Shown here: in pieces, positions 16,668 to 24,757 of the stretch
Layout: each line of letters begins with the position of its first letter
Position numbering within the stretch: the first letter of the stretch is position 1
Assembly: GCA_028710695.1 (NCBI GenBank)
Contig: JAQTTP010000003.1
Coordinates: 1 to 32,000, forward strand
Direction of reading: 5' to 3'
Source of the DNA: Candidatus Iainarchaeum sp.
Lineage (GTDB): Archaea; Iainarchaeota; Iainarchaeia; Iainarchaeales; 0-14-0-20-30-16
DNA: 32,000 nucleotides
Made by a program: the position numbers and the translations under genes
Notes under the pieces: generated by a model
What the model was told of the DNA's origin: nothing
Databases searched by the model: none
What the model saw: only the letters and a program-made list of their open reading frames with translations

Positions 16668-18866
16668 ATGGTAAGAAAAGAAGATGTAGTAAAGATTGCA
16701 GGAAAATTGATGGACGATTCAAAGTTTGTAAGAAACATCGGAATTGTTGCACACATTGACCACGGTAAAACAACTTTATCAGACAATATGATTGCAGCAA
16801 ACGGATTAATTTCCCAAGAACTTTCCGGTAAACAATGTTTCATGGATTCCTACTCTTTAGAACAGGAGAGAGGAATCACAATTAACGCATCTAATATTTC
16901 ATTAATCTCAAAAATAGATGGTACAGATTATCTAATTAATTTAATTGACACCCCAGGTCACGTAGACTTTGGAGGAGATGTAATTAGAGCAATGAGAGCA
17001 GTTGATGGTGCTGTTGTTGTTATTGATATTGTTGAAGGTGTAATGCCTCAGACAGAAACAGTTTTAAAAGAAGCATTAAGAGAATATGTAAAGCCAATTT
17101 TATTCTTTAATAAAGTTGATAGATTAGTTAATGAATTAAAAATTGATTTTGATGAAATGCAAAGAAGATTTGTAAAAGTTATATCTGCAGTGAATCAAAT
17201 AATTCTAAAGAACGCACCAGAAGAATTTAGGGATAAATGGCAAGTTAAAGTTCAAGATGATAGTGTTGGATTTGGTTCAGCATATAACAATTGGGCAGTA
17301 ACTATGTCTTCAATGCAGAAAACAAAAATTGGATTTAAAGATGTTTATGAATTCTGTCAAAAAGGAGATCAAAAAACACTTGCACAAAAAAGCCCTTTAG
17401 CAGAAGTATTAATTGGAATGGTTGTTAAGCATATACCTAACCCAATACAAGCTCAGAAATACAGAGTTCCAAAAATTTGGAAAGGAGATTTAACTTCCGA
17501 AGAAGGAAAAGCAATGCTAAATTGTGATCCAAACGGCCCTTTTGCAATGATGGTAACAGATGTTGTTGTTGACCCTCACGCAGGAGATGTTGTAACTGGA
17601 AGAATATTTTCAGGACGAGTTAACAAGGGAGATGAACTTATATTAGTTGGCCAAAACAAGAAAGCAAAGATACAGCAAATGGCTTTATTTATGGGGCCTG
17701 ACAGAATTCCAATTGATGGATTATCTGCAGGAAACATAGGATCTATTCTTGGATTAAAAGAGGCATACGCAGGAAATGCAATTGCTTCAAAAGAGATACA
17801 AGAATTTGAGCAATTTATGACTAATGTTGAACCAGTTATTACAATGTCAGTAGAAGCAAAGGATCCAAAACAACTTCCTAAACTTATTGAAGCTGTAAAG
17901 CAAGTTGTGAAAGAAGATCCAAATGTAAGAGTAAACATAAACCCAGACACTGGAGAGCACTTGATTTCTGGAATGGGAGAATTGCACTTAGAAATTGTAA
18001 GATATAGATTAGAGCACGATATGAAAATACCTTTGGATGTAAGTCCACCAATTGTATTGTACAATGAAGCAATAACTAAACAATCACAATTGATTTGGGC
18101 AAAATCACCAAACAAGCACAACAAGTTTAAGATGATTATTCAGCCAGTTCCACCTGCAGTATTAGAAAAACTGAAGGAATTCAAGCTTAATGGAAAGATT
18201 AGAGAAAACAAAGATGAAGACAAGATCCAAAAGCTTATGGAAGCAGGAATTGAAAAAGAAGAAGCTAAGAAAACTTGGGCTTTGAATAATAATTCTTTAA
18301 TAATAAATAGAACTAGAGGTGTAATCCACATAGGTGAAGTTAAAGAACTTTTAGTTCAAGCATTTATGGAAGCCACAAATGAAGGCCCATTAGCTAAAGA
18401 AAAAGTATGTGGAATAATTATTTATATTGAGGATGCAATATTGCACGAGGATGCAATACACAGAGGCCCAGCACAGATAATCCCTTGTATGACAAGAGGA
18501 ATTTATGCCGGATTGATGACTGCAGATCCAATTATATTGGAGCCAAAGCAGAAATTGTTTATCACAATACCAAATGATTTCATGGGTTCAATGACAAAAG
18601 AACTACAATCAAGAAGAGTTCAGATGGAAGACATGAAGACAGAGGGTGATGACACAATTATAATTACTAAGGCACCAGTAAGAGAATTAATTGGGTTTAG
18701 TGCAGCAGCAAGAGCAGCATCCCAAGGAAGGGCAATCTGGACTGCAGAGTACTGGGGTTATGAACCATTACCTAAGGAATTGCAGAAGAAGGTTGTTGCT
18801 GAAATAAGAACAAGAAAAGGAATGGATCCTGAACCAAAGAGAGCAGAAGAATATATGGATGAGTAA
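16668..18866 (+). CDS. fusA: Translation elongation factor aEF-2
   Basis: G1 AHIDHGKTTLSD, G3 DTPGHVDF, G4 NKVD. Diphthamide-site motif HEDAIHRGPAQ is present. The ORF track's GTG 16659 is the SD (AAGTGATtttgATG), so ATG 16668 is likely. Confidence 0.96.
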   Translation: MVRKEDVVKIAGKLMDDSKFVRNIGIVAHIDHGKTTLSDNMIAANGLISQELSGKQCFMDSYSLEQERGITINASNISLISKIDGTDYLINLIDTPGHVDFGGDVIRAMRAVDGAVVVIDIVEGVMPQTETVLKEALREYVKPILFFNKVDRLVNELKIDFDEMQRRFVKVISAVNQIILKNAPEEFRDKWQVKVQDDSVGFGSAYNNWAVTMSSMQKTKIGFKDVYEFCQKGDQKTLAQKSPLAEVLIGMVVKHIPNPIQAQKYRVPKIWKGDLTSEEGKAMLNCDPNGPFAMMVTDVVVDPHAGDVVTGRIFSGRVNKGDELILVGQNKKAKIQQMALFMGPDRIPIDGLSAGNIGSILGLKEAYAGNAIASKEIQEFEQFMTNVEPVITMSVEAKDPKQLPKLIEAVKQVVKEDPNVRVNINPDTGEHLISGMGELHLEIVRYRLEHDMKIPLDVSPPIVLYNEAITKQSQLIWAKSPNKHNKFKMIIQPVPPAVLEKLKEFKLNGKIRENKDEDKIQKLMEAGIEKEEAKKTWALNNNSLIINRTRGVIHIGEVKELLVQAFMEATNEGPLAKEKVCGIIIYIEDAILHEDAIHRGPAQIIPCMTRGIYAGLMTADPIILEPKQKLFITIPNDFMGSMTKELQSRRVQMEDMKTEGDDTIIITKAPVRELIGFSAAARAASQGRAIWTAEYWGYEPLPKELQKKVVAEIRTRKGMDPEPKRAEEYMDE

Positions 18867-18954
18867 CCTAAAGAAAAAAGGTATTTGTTTTTATAGGTTT
18901 TGGACCAGAAAAATATGAGATATATTTAATGAGGAGTTATAAGGAGGAGTTAAT

Positions 18955-20253
18955 ATGGCTGCAGAAAAAAAGAAATATAACATAGTATTTATTGGGCACG
19001 TTGACCATGGAAAATCAACTCTTGTTGGTAGACTAATGTATGATTCAGGAAACGTACCTGAAACAGTTATGCAAAAGTTGAAGAAAGAAGCTGAAGAAAG
19101 AGGAAAAGGAACATTCTCATTGGCTTATTTCATGGACAATCTGAAAGAAGAAAGAGAAAGAGGAGTAACAATTGATGTAAACTATAAACAATTGGAAACC
19201 CCTAAGAAAAAAATAACTGTAATTGATGCACCAGGCCACCAGGACTTTATTAAGAACATGATAAAGGGAACTAGCCAGGCAGATGTTGCTGTTTTAGTTG
19301 TAGCATCAAAAGAAGGTGTAATGCCTCAGACTAAAGAGCACGCATTCATTGCACAAGTTATGGGTATAAAGCAAATAATTGTTGCTGTTAATAAGATGGA
19401 TGAAGTAAATTATGAGCAAGCAAAATATAACCAAGTTGCTGATGATGCAAAGAAATTGCTTGTAAGTACTGGGTTTAAAGCTGAAAACATTATAACAATC
19501 CCTTTATCAGCATGGATTGGAGACAACGTTGTTAAGAAATATGACAAAATGGCTTGGTATAATGGAAAGACTTTAATTGAATTATTGGATGAAATGGATC
19601 CACCAACATTGCCAACAGGAAAGCCATTAAGATTGCCAATTGAAGATGTTTATAACATTAAAGGAATTGGATTAGTGCCTGTAGGTAGAATTGAAACAGG
19701 TGTTTTAAAGCCTGGTGACAAAGTTATAGTTGAGCCTTCCCACAAAGTAGGAGAAGTTAAGACTGTAGAAGCTCACCACACATCAATACCTCAAGCAGAG
19801 CCTGGTGACAACATCGGATTCAGTGTAAGAGGATGGACTAAAGAAGATATTGGAAAGGGAGATGTAGTTGGATTAGAGAGTAACCCTCCAACAGTTGCAG
19901 TTGAGTTTACAGCACAAATAATTGTGTTGAACCACCCAACAGCTATGGCTGTAGGATATACTCCTGTATTCCACATGCACACTGCACAAGCATCCTGTAC
20001 TATTACAGAATTAGTGAAGAAGTTGGACCCTAAGACTGGTGCAACATTACAAGAGAACCCACAATTCTTGAAGACCGGAGATGCAGCAATAGTAAAAGTA
20101 AAACCATTGAAGCCAGTTGCAATGGAGAGTTATAAAGACTATCCACAGTTAGGAAGATTTGCAATTAGGGATATGGGAAGAACAGTTGCTGCTGGAATTG
20201 TAGTAAGTGTAGTTCCAAGAGGTAATGTTAAGGAAGCAGCACCAAAAAAGTAA
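18955..20253 (+). CDS. tuf: Translation elongation factor aEF-1alpha
   Basis: GHVDHGKST, DAPGHQDF and NKMD motifs. Full-consensus SD AAGGAGGAGttaatATG, with a second GAGGAGTTA copy 13 nt upstream. Confidence 0.97.
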   Translation: MAAEKKKYNIVFIGHVDHGKSTLVGRLMYDSGNVPETVMQKLKKEAEERGKGTFSLAYFMDNLKEERERGVTIDVNYKQLETPKKKITVIDAPGHQDFIKNMIKGTSQADVAVLVVASKEGVMPQTKEHAFIAQVMGIKQIIVAVNKMDEVNYEQAKYNQVADDAKKLLVSTGFKAENIITIPLSAWIGDNVVKKYDKMAWYNGKTLIELLDEMDPPTLPTGKPLRLPIEDVYNIKGIGLVPVGRIETGVLKPGDKVIVEPSHKVGEVKTVEAHHTSIPQAEPGDNIGFSVRGWTKEDIGKGDVVGLESNPPTVAVEFTAQIIVLNHPTAMAVGYTPVFHMHTAQASCTITELVKKLDPKTGATLQENPQFLKTGDAAIVKVKPLKPVAMESYKDYPQLGRFAIRDMGRTVAAGIVVSVVPRGNVKEAAPKK

Positions 20254-20261
20254 TATCCAAT

Positions 20262-20292
20262 AGGAAGTAACCCTTCCTTTTTTTATTTTTTT
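20262..20292 (+). terminator. Hairpin plus T-tract after tuf (attenuator/terminator-like)
   Basis: AGGAAG-taacc-CTTCCT is a 6-bp stem at 20262-20278. It is followed directly by TTTTTTTaTTTTTTT. Confidence 0.5.
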
Positions 20293-20317
20293 AATATGAA
20301 AAAGAAAAGTGATAATT

Positions 20318-20623
20318 ATGGCGATGGCAAGAATAAAATTAAGTAGCCCAAATATAGAGCTATTGAACAAGATCAGCAATACTGTTATTGACATGGCTCA
20401 GAAAACGGGTATAAAGCATTCAGGAGTAATACCATTGCCTACAAAGAAAATGGTTATCCCTGTAAGAAAATCACCTTGTGGTGGTGGAACAGAATCTTAT
20501 GAAAAGTGGCAAATGAGAGTTCATAAGAGAATAATAGACATTAACTCCGATGAGAGATTGCTGAAGAGATTAATGCATTTGGAATTACCAGATGATGTGT
20601 ATATAGAAATAGAAATGAAATAG
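20318..20623 (+). CDS. rps10: 30S ribosomal protein S10 (uS10)
   Basis: ARIKLSS...GVIPLPTKKMVIPVRKSP.G.G...WQMRVHKRIIDI matches uS10. The ORF track's GTG 20309 is the SD (AAGTGATaattATG). Confidence 0.93.
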   Translation: MAMARIKLSSPNIELLNKISNTVIDMAQKTGIKHSGVIPLPTKKMVIPVRKSPCGGGTESYEKWQMRVHKRIIDINSDERLLKRLMHLELPDDVYIEIEMK

Positions 20624-20635
20624 AACTAATTAACT

Positions 20636-20671
20636 TGCAGACGTAAAGTCTGCATAACTCCTCATTTTTTT
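20636..20671 (+). terminator. Perfect 7-bp hairpin plus T7 tract after rps10
   Basis: TGCAGAC-gtaaa-GTCTGCA at 20636-20654, then a T7 run at 20665-20671. The 11-mer GACGTAAAGTC recurs at 30107-30117. Confidence 0.55.
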
Positions 20672-20768
20672 ATACCTACACAACAACAATGAATTGACAA
20701 ATTTTCTTGAATGTGTTGGTATATTTTATTTCGATAAGTTTTAAAAAAGGTGATTTATTATTATTAAT

Positions 20769-21515
20769 ATGGTAGAATTTAGTGGAATTAGATCAAAAAT
20801 GTATAAGGCTTGTTTAAAAGAATTTCCTCACGCAAGAGAAGAAGATATTGAAATTATGGAAAAATATCTTGTACCTAAAAAAGATGAAACAATTTTAGAA
20901 GTTGGTGCAGGGAGTGGGATTTTTTCTAAACCTTTAGCTAATATTGTCAAAAAATTAATTGTGTCTGATCCATCTAAAGAACAATTAGATGAAATAAAAT
21001 TATTACAATTAAAAAATATTGAATTAATTGAACAAGGCGCAGATACTTTAACATTAAAATCTGAAACTGTCAATGCAATTTGGTCTTTTGGTGCAATGCA
21101 CCATTGCTTTAACAAAACTAAAGCCTTTCAAAATTTTGCAAAAGTTTTAAAGAAAAGTGGGCGATTAGTTTTGGCAGATGTGTGGTGTGGCTCAAAATTA
21201 GCTAAGCATTTTGATACTCAAGTTGCTAAGTTTTGTGTTACTGGACACGAAGTTGCATTTTGGACTGACGAATTTGCAGAAAGCCTTTGTTTTTTAACTG
21301 GATTTGAAAAACCAAAAATTCTAGATTTACAGATTCAATGGAAGTTTAAATCAAAAAAAGATATTGGAATATTTTTGTATAAAATTCACGCAATGACTAA
21401 AACAACTCCTGAAAACTGCCTAAAAGGTGCTGAAGAAATTCTTGGAATTGAAAAAAAGAAAGGATTATATTGTTTAAATTGGCCTATGAAGATAATAGTC
21501 TCTAAAAAAATTTAG
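20769..21515 (+). CDS. Class I SAM-dependent methyltransferase (248 aa)
   Basis: Motif I ILEVGAGSGIFSKPLA, an acidic residue at the end of strand 2 (LIVSDPS), and post-I/III elements (AIWSFGAMHH, GRLVLADV). Confidence 0.8.
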   Translation: MVEFSGIRSKMYKACLKEFPHAREEDIEIMEKYLVPKKDETILEVGAGSGIFSKPLANIVKKLIVSDPSKEQLDEIKLLQLKNIELIEQGADTLTLKSETVNAIWSFGAMHHCFNKTKAFQNFAKVLKKSGRLVLADVWCGSKLAKHFDTQVAKFCVTGHEVAFWTDEFAESLCFLTGFEKPKILDLQIQWKFKSKKDIGIFLYKIHAMTKTTPENCLKGAEEILGIEKKKGLYCLNWPMKIIVSKKI

Positions 21516-21529
21516 TTATTAGTGATTTT

Positions 21530-22201
21530 ATGAAAGACGGTCTTGCTTGGAATAAAAAACACTATAATGTTAGTAACTTTGAACAATATGATTTAACTCC
21601 GGCCCCATTTCTTGTAAGTAATTTGCATTACTTAAAAGAAAATAATTCTAAACTTATTTTAGATGCGGGTTGTGGACAAGGAAGAAATTTGCTTTTCTTG
21701 TTAGAAAATGGATTTGAAGTAATTGGTGTTGATGGTGCACCCAATGCATTACAAGTTGCAAGTGATCTTTTAAGATCAAAAAAAATGAAAAAATATACTT
21801 TAATTAATCAAGAATTACAAGATATTTCTAAATTAAAAAATGAAACTGTTGATGCAATTGTTAGCATAACAGTTTTAACACATATTTTTGATCCAGAAAA
21901 AGTAATTGGGGAATTTTCTAGAATATTAAAAAAAGACGGGCTACTTATTGTGGACTTTGCAACAATTAGAGATTCTACTTATGAATATATTTCTAAAGGA
22001 ACAAAATTAGGGCAAAATATGTTTTTAGAGCAAGGTACAAAAGTGAAATATATTGAAGATAAAAAAGAGATAATACCACTGTTTAAGGCCTTTGAAATAA
22101 TTTCTATTAACGAGGAATCTTTTATTGAACCAGGCCACCCTGGCTCAAGGCCTTTTGAACATGAACATAGTTCATATGTTGTTATAGCAAAAAAGAAGTG
22201 A
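21530..22201 (+). CDS. Class I SAM-dependent methyltransferase (223 aa)
   Basis: Motif I ILDAGCGQGRNLLFLLENGFEVIGVD, plus DAIVSITVLTHI and GLLIVDF. SD tAGTGATtttATG. Confidence 0.8.
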   Translation: MKDGLAWNKKHYNVSNFEQYDLTPAPFLVSNLHYLKENNSKLILDAGCGQGRNLLFLLENGFEVIGVDGAPNALQVASDLLRSKKMKKYTLINQELQDISKLKNETVDAIVSITVLTHIFDPEKVIGEFSRILKKDGLLIVDFATIRDSTYEYISKGTKLGQNMFLEQGTKVKYIEDKKEIIPLFKAFEIISINEESFIEPGHPGSRPFEHEHSSYVVIAKKK

Positions 22202-22206
22202 TTATT

Positions 22207-23187
22207 ATGCAACTAACTCCATCTCAGGAAAAAATGCTAAAAGGCAGGCAATATGGGCTTGTGGGAAAGCAAGGCGCTGTTCAGATATGTGAATGGACCA
22301 AGAAAAGCTTGCGAGATCAGGATGACTGCTACAAAAACAAGTTCTATGGTGTGAAAACCTATTCCTGTGCACAAATAACTCCTAATGTCTTGACTTGTGA
22401 CCAGAACTGTATATTCTGTTGGCGGCCGCTTGAGATGTATAATACTAAGAAAATATCCAAGAAAGAGGCAATAAAGCCAAAAGAGCTTGTAGACAAGCTT
22501 GTTAAAGAAAGAAGGCTGCTGTTGATTGGCTTTAAAGGCTATGAAAAGGTGAACAGGAAGAAACTAACTGCTTCTATTGAGGAATTCCCTAAGCACTGGG
22601 CAATCTCCCTTTCTGGAGAGCCTACTCTTTACCCTTATCTGCCGGAGTTGGTAAAAGAGCTCAAAAAGCACAAGGTGGAGAGCATATTTGTAGTTACAAA
22701 TGGCCAGAACCCAGAAATGCTAAAGAAACTAAAGGAAAAGAAGGCTTTGCCTTCACAATTATACCTCTCTTTGGTTGCCTATGATCCCAAATCCTATGCT
22801 CAGATAAACAAAGGAGTGAGTAGAGATGGCTTTAAAGCCCTAAAGAAGAGCCTAAATCTGCTGAAAACCCTAAAAGTAAGGTCTGTAATCAGGGTTACCC
22901 TAATCAAAGGCTATAACACTGAAAAGGAGCAATTAGAGAAACTTGCGGGACTTATCGAAGGTTCTGGGGCGGATTTTGTAGAAGTAAAGGCCTATATGTG
23001 GATAGGGGATTCTAGAAAGAAGCTCGGGCAGGAAAATATGCCTTTGTTTAGTGAAATCAAGGATTACACAAAGATCTTGCTAAAGTCTTTGAAAGATTAC
23101 AAAAAAGAAAACGAATGTGAAGCATCAAGGATCATTTTGCTAAAGAATAAGAAAAGTAAATATAATACAAAATTAATTGCCCGCTAG
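22207..23187 (+). CDS. taw1: tRNA 4-demethylwyosine (imG-14) synthase, radical SAM (Taw1/TYW1)
   Basis: Radical-SAM cluster CDQNCIFCWRP preceded by the N-terminal Cys set (VQICEW...CYKNKFYG...SCAQ) typical of Taw1. Also HWAISLSGEPTLYPYLPEL, QLYLSL.AYD and TLIKGYN. The ORF track's GTG 22198 is the SD (AAGTGATtattATG). Confidence 0.9.
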   Translation: MQLTPSQEKMLKGRQYGLVGKQGAVQICEWTKKSLRDQDDCYKNKFYGVKTYSCAQITPNVLTCDQNCIFCWRPLEMYNTKKISKKEAIKPKELVDKLVKERRLLLIGFKGYEKVNRKKLTASIEEFPKHWAISLSGEPTLYPYLPELVKELKKHKVESIFVVTNGQNPEMLKKLKEKKALPSQLYLSLVAYDPKSYAQINKGVSRDGFKALKKSLNLLKTLKVRSVIRVTLIKGYNTEKEQLEKLAGLIEGSGADFVEVKAYMWIGDSRKKLGQENMPLFSEIKDYTKILLKSLKDYKKENECEASRIILLKNKKSKYNTKLIAR

Positions 23188-23238
23188 TTTTTACACAATT
23201 CCCAAAGATAAATAAACCTAACTTGTGACTAGGATATA

Positions 23239-23835
23239 ATGGTTAAAAAACAGGCAGACAAAGAAACTGGATTTTTACAAGGTCTTTTGTATGGTCTAAT
23301 TCCACATGCGGGTTGTATTGCATTTGTATTGTTTTCAATATTTGGTGCTACTGCAGCAGCATCTATTTTTAGGCCATTATTATTGAAATCATATTTCTTT
23401 TATGGCCTTTTGGGCTTGTCTTTTTTATTTGCTACAATCTCAGCAATATTTTATCTTAGCAAACATAAAGCCTTATCTGCAGAAGGTGTGAAAAAAAGAT
23501 GGAAATATTTGTCAATTTTGTATGGCACAACAATTAGTATTAATTTGCTACTGTTTTTTGTAGTATTTCCTTATGCAGTAAATTTGTCTGCCCCAACAAT
23601 TCAAGTTGATAATGTTGATAATCTGAACACAGTTGTGCTTAATGTAGATATTCCTTGTTCAGGGCATGCTCCATTAATAACTACTGAACTTTATGGTTTA
23701 CAAGGCATAACTAAAGTAGATTACAGTATTCCTACTGAGTTTAAAGTGCAATTTGATTCTTCTAAAATTTCAAAAACAGAAATACTAAGTTTAGAAATAT
23801 TTAAAGAATTTAAAGCAACAGAAATAAGTTCTTGA
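23239..23835 (+). CDS. Membrane protein (about 3 TM helices) with a C-terminal soluble domain carrying a Cys-x-Gly-His motif; function unknown
   Basis: Hydrophobic helices GLLYGLIPHAGCIAFVLFSIFG, YFFYGLLGLSFLFATISAIFYL and ILYGTTISINLLLFFVVFPYAV. The C-terminal segment VVLNVDIPCSGHAPLITTELYGLQGITKVDY resembles a small metal-binding (HMA-like) alpha/beta domain. Confidence 0.6.
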   Translation: MVKKQADKETGFLQGLLYGLIPHAGCIAFVLFSIFGATAAASIFRPLLLKSYFFYGLLGLSFLFATISAIFYLSKHKALSAEGVKKRWKYLSILYGTTISINLLLFFVVFPYAVNLSAPTIQVDNVDNLNTVVLNVDIPCSGHAPLITTELYGLQGITKVDYSIPTEFKVQFDSSKISKTEILSLEIFKEFKATEISS

Positions 23836-23843
23836 ATAAAATA

Positions 23844-24740
23844 TTATTTTCCAAAAACTAAAGGAATTATTTTAGTATATCTTTTTTTGTCTATTCTATA
23901 TGCTAAATAATATGGGCTTAGGGAACGTATGAACAGTAAAAATTTGTTTTGAAAGTTTTTTTTGCTTTTCAAGCCATTTATTTTTTTTACTTTGTATTTG
24001 TCATTTCCGATCGGCTCTGACCAAAAATTGCAAAAATCTAATGCTCCACGCATATTATTAATACAATTTATTCTTAACCCACGTTCCCATCGTCTATTTT
24101 TAAATAACTTTTTCTGTCTTGTTTTTTCCATTTCTGTTTTTAATCTGTCGGCTATTTTTGTAGGCGTAACAATAATTTCATCTTGTTTTGTTTCATAAAA
24201 TATCATTTGTAAAATTGATCCCAAACATTCGATTACATCTACTTGTGCTAGTTGATACATTGAAGAGTTATAAGAAAAAATGTTTTTAGGTATGAACCCC
24301 CAACACTTTAATAATTTTTGGTCTAAAAAGCCATTTGAGGATGATGGGAATGGTTTGTATCTAAATCGGCCATGATAATGATCTATTCCATTGTTAATCC
24401 TAATAGTTACGGGTATTATGTCTTTGCCATTTTTTACTTTGAACGCATATTTTAAATCTTTTTTATTACGATTAAAGCCAATAAGATCTATGTCACTAGT
24501 ATCTGTGGCGCCGTTATAATCGACACTACCATATACAATTAAATCTTCGCAAATTTTTGGCTGTAAAAATAGTGTTCTTATTTCTTGAGAAATTGGCCCT
24601 AACGTTTCTTTTCTTGAACCATTAAAATTATATTTTAATATTTTGTTTGTGTAATAAAAGTCCCAAGTAAGGCCTCTGATCCTTTTGAAGCTATTTAAAA
24701 AATCTTGATGCTCATCTTGTATATTAACTATAAAAACACC
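23844..24740 (-). CDS. Pol-beta-superfamily nucleotidyltransferase-domain protein (up to 298 codons) with no ATG/GTG/TTG start upstream of the catalytic motif. Either a non-canonical start or a start-loss pseudogene
   Basis: My hand translation of the minus strand shows the frame of the 138-aa track ORF (23844-24260) staying open up to a TAG at 24741-24743. The upstream part encodes ...ICEDLIVYGSVDYNGATDTSDIDLIGF..., the hG[GS]x9-13D[h][DE] NTase signature. The only in-frame ATG is at 24260, downstream of that motif. GGGTG (SD-like) follows the TAG, then ATA at 24729-24731. Confidence 0.6.
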   Translation of the reverse strand, partial: GVFIVNIQDEHQDFLNSFKRIRGLTWDFYYTNKILKYNFNGSRKETLGPISQEIRTLFLQPKICEDLIVYGSVDYNGATDTSDIDLIGFNRNKKDLKYAFKVKNGKDIIPVTIRINNGIDHYHGRFRYKPFPSSSNGFLDQKLLKCWGFIPKNIFSYNSSMYQLAQVDVIECLGSILQMIFYETKQDEIIVTPTKIADRLKTEMEKTRQKKLFKNRRWERGLRINCINNMRGALDFCNFWSEPIGNDKYKVKKINGLKSKKNFQNKFLLFIRSLSPYYLAYRIDKKRYTKIIPLVFGK

Positions 24741-24757
24741 CTAATAAATATAAAGCT

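Noticed and set aside
17576-18124. 182-aa minus-strand ORF inside aEF-2. Similar antisense ORFs occur at 5422-5766, 11929-12282, 13414-13749 and 14925-15254.
   Set aside because: Each lies entirely antisense to a strongly conserved gene. They have low-complexity S/F/I/C-rich composition and no SD or promoter. These are typical shadow ORFs of AT-rich coding sequence.
18929-18985. Short out-of-frame ORF (ATG 18929, MRSYKEELIW...) overlapping the tuf start.
   Set aside because: It arises from the duplicated GAGGAGTTA SD sequence. There is no evidence of function, and reading the duplication as a tandem SD is simpler.
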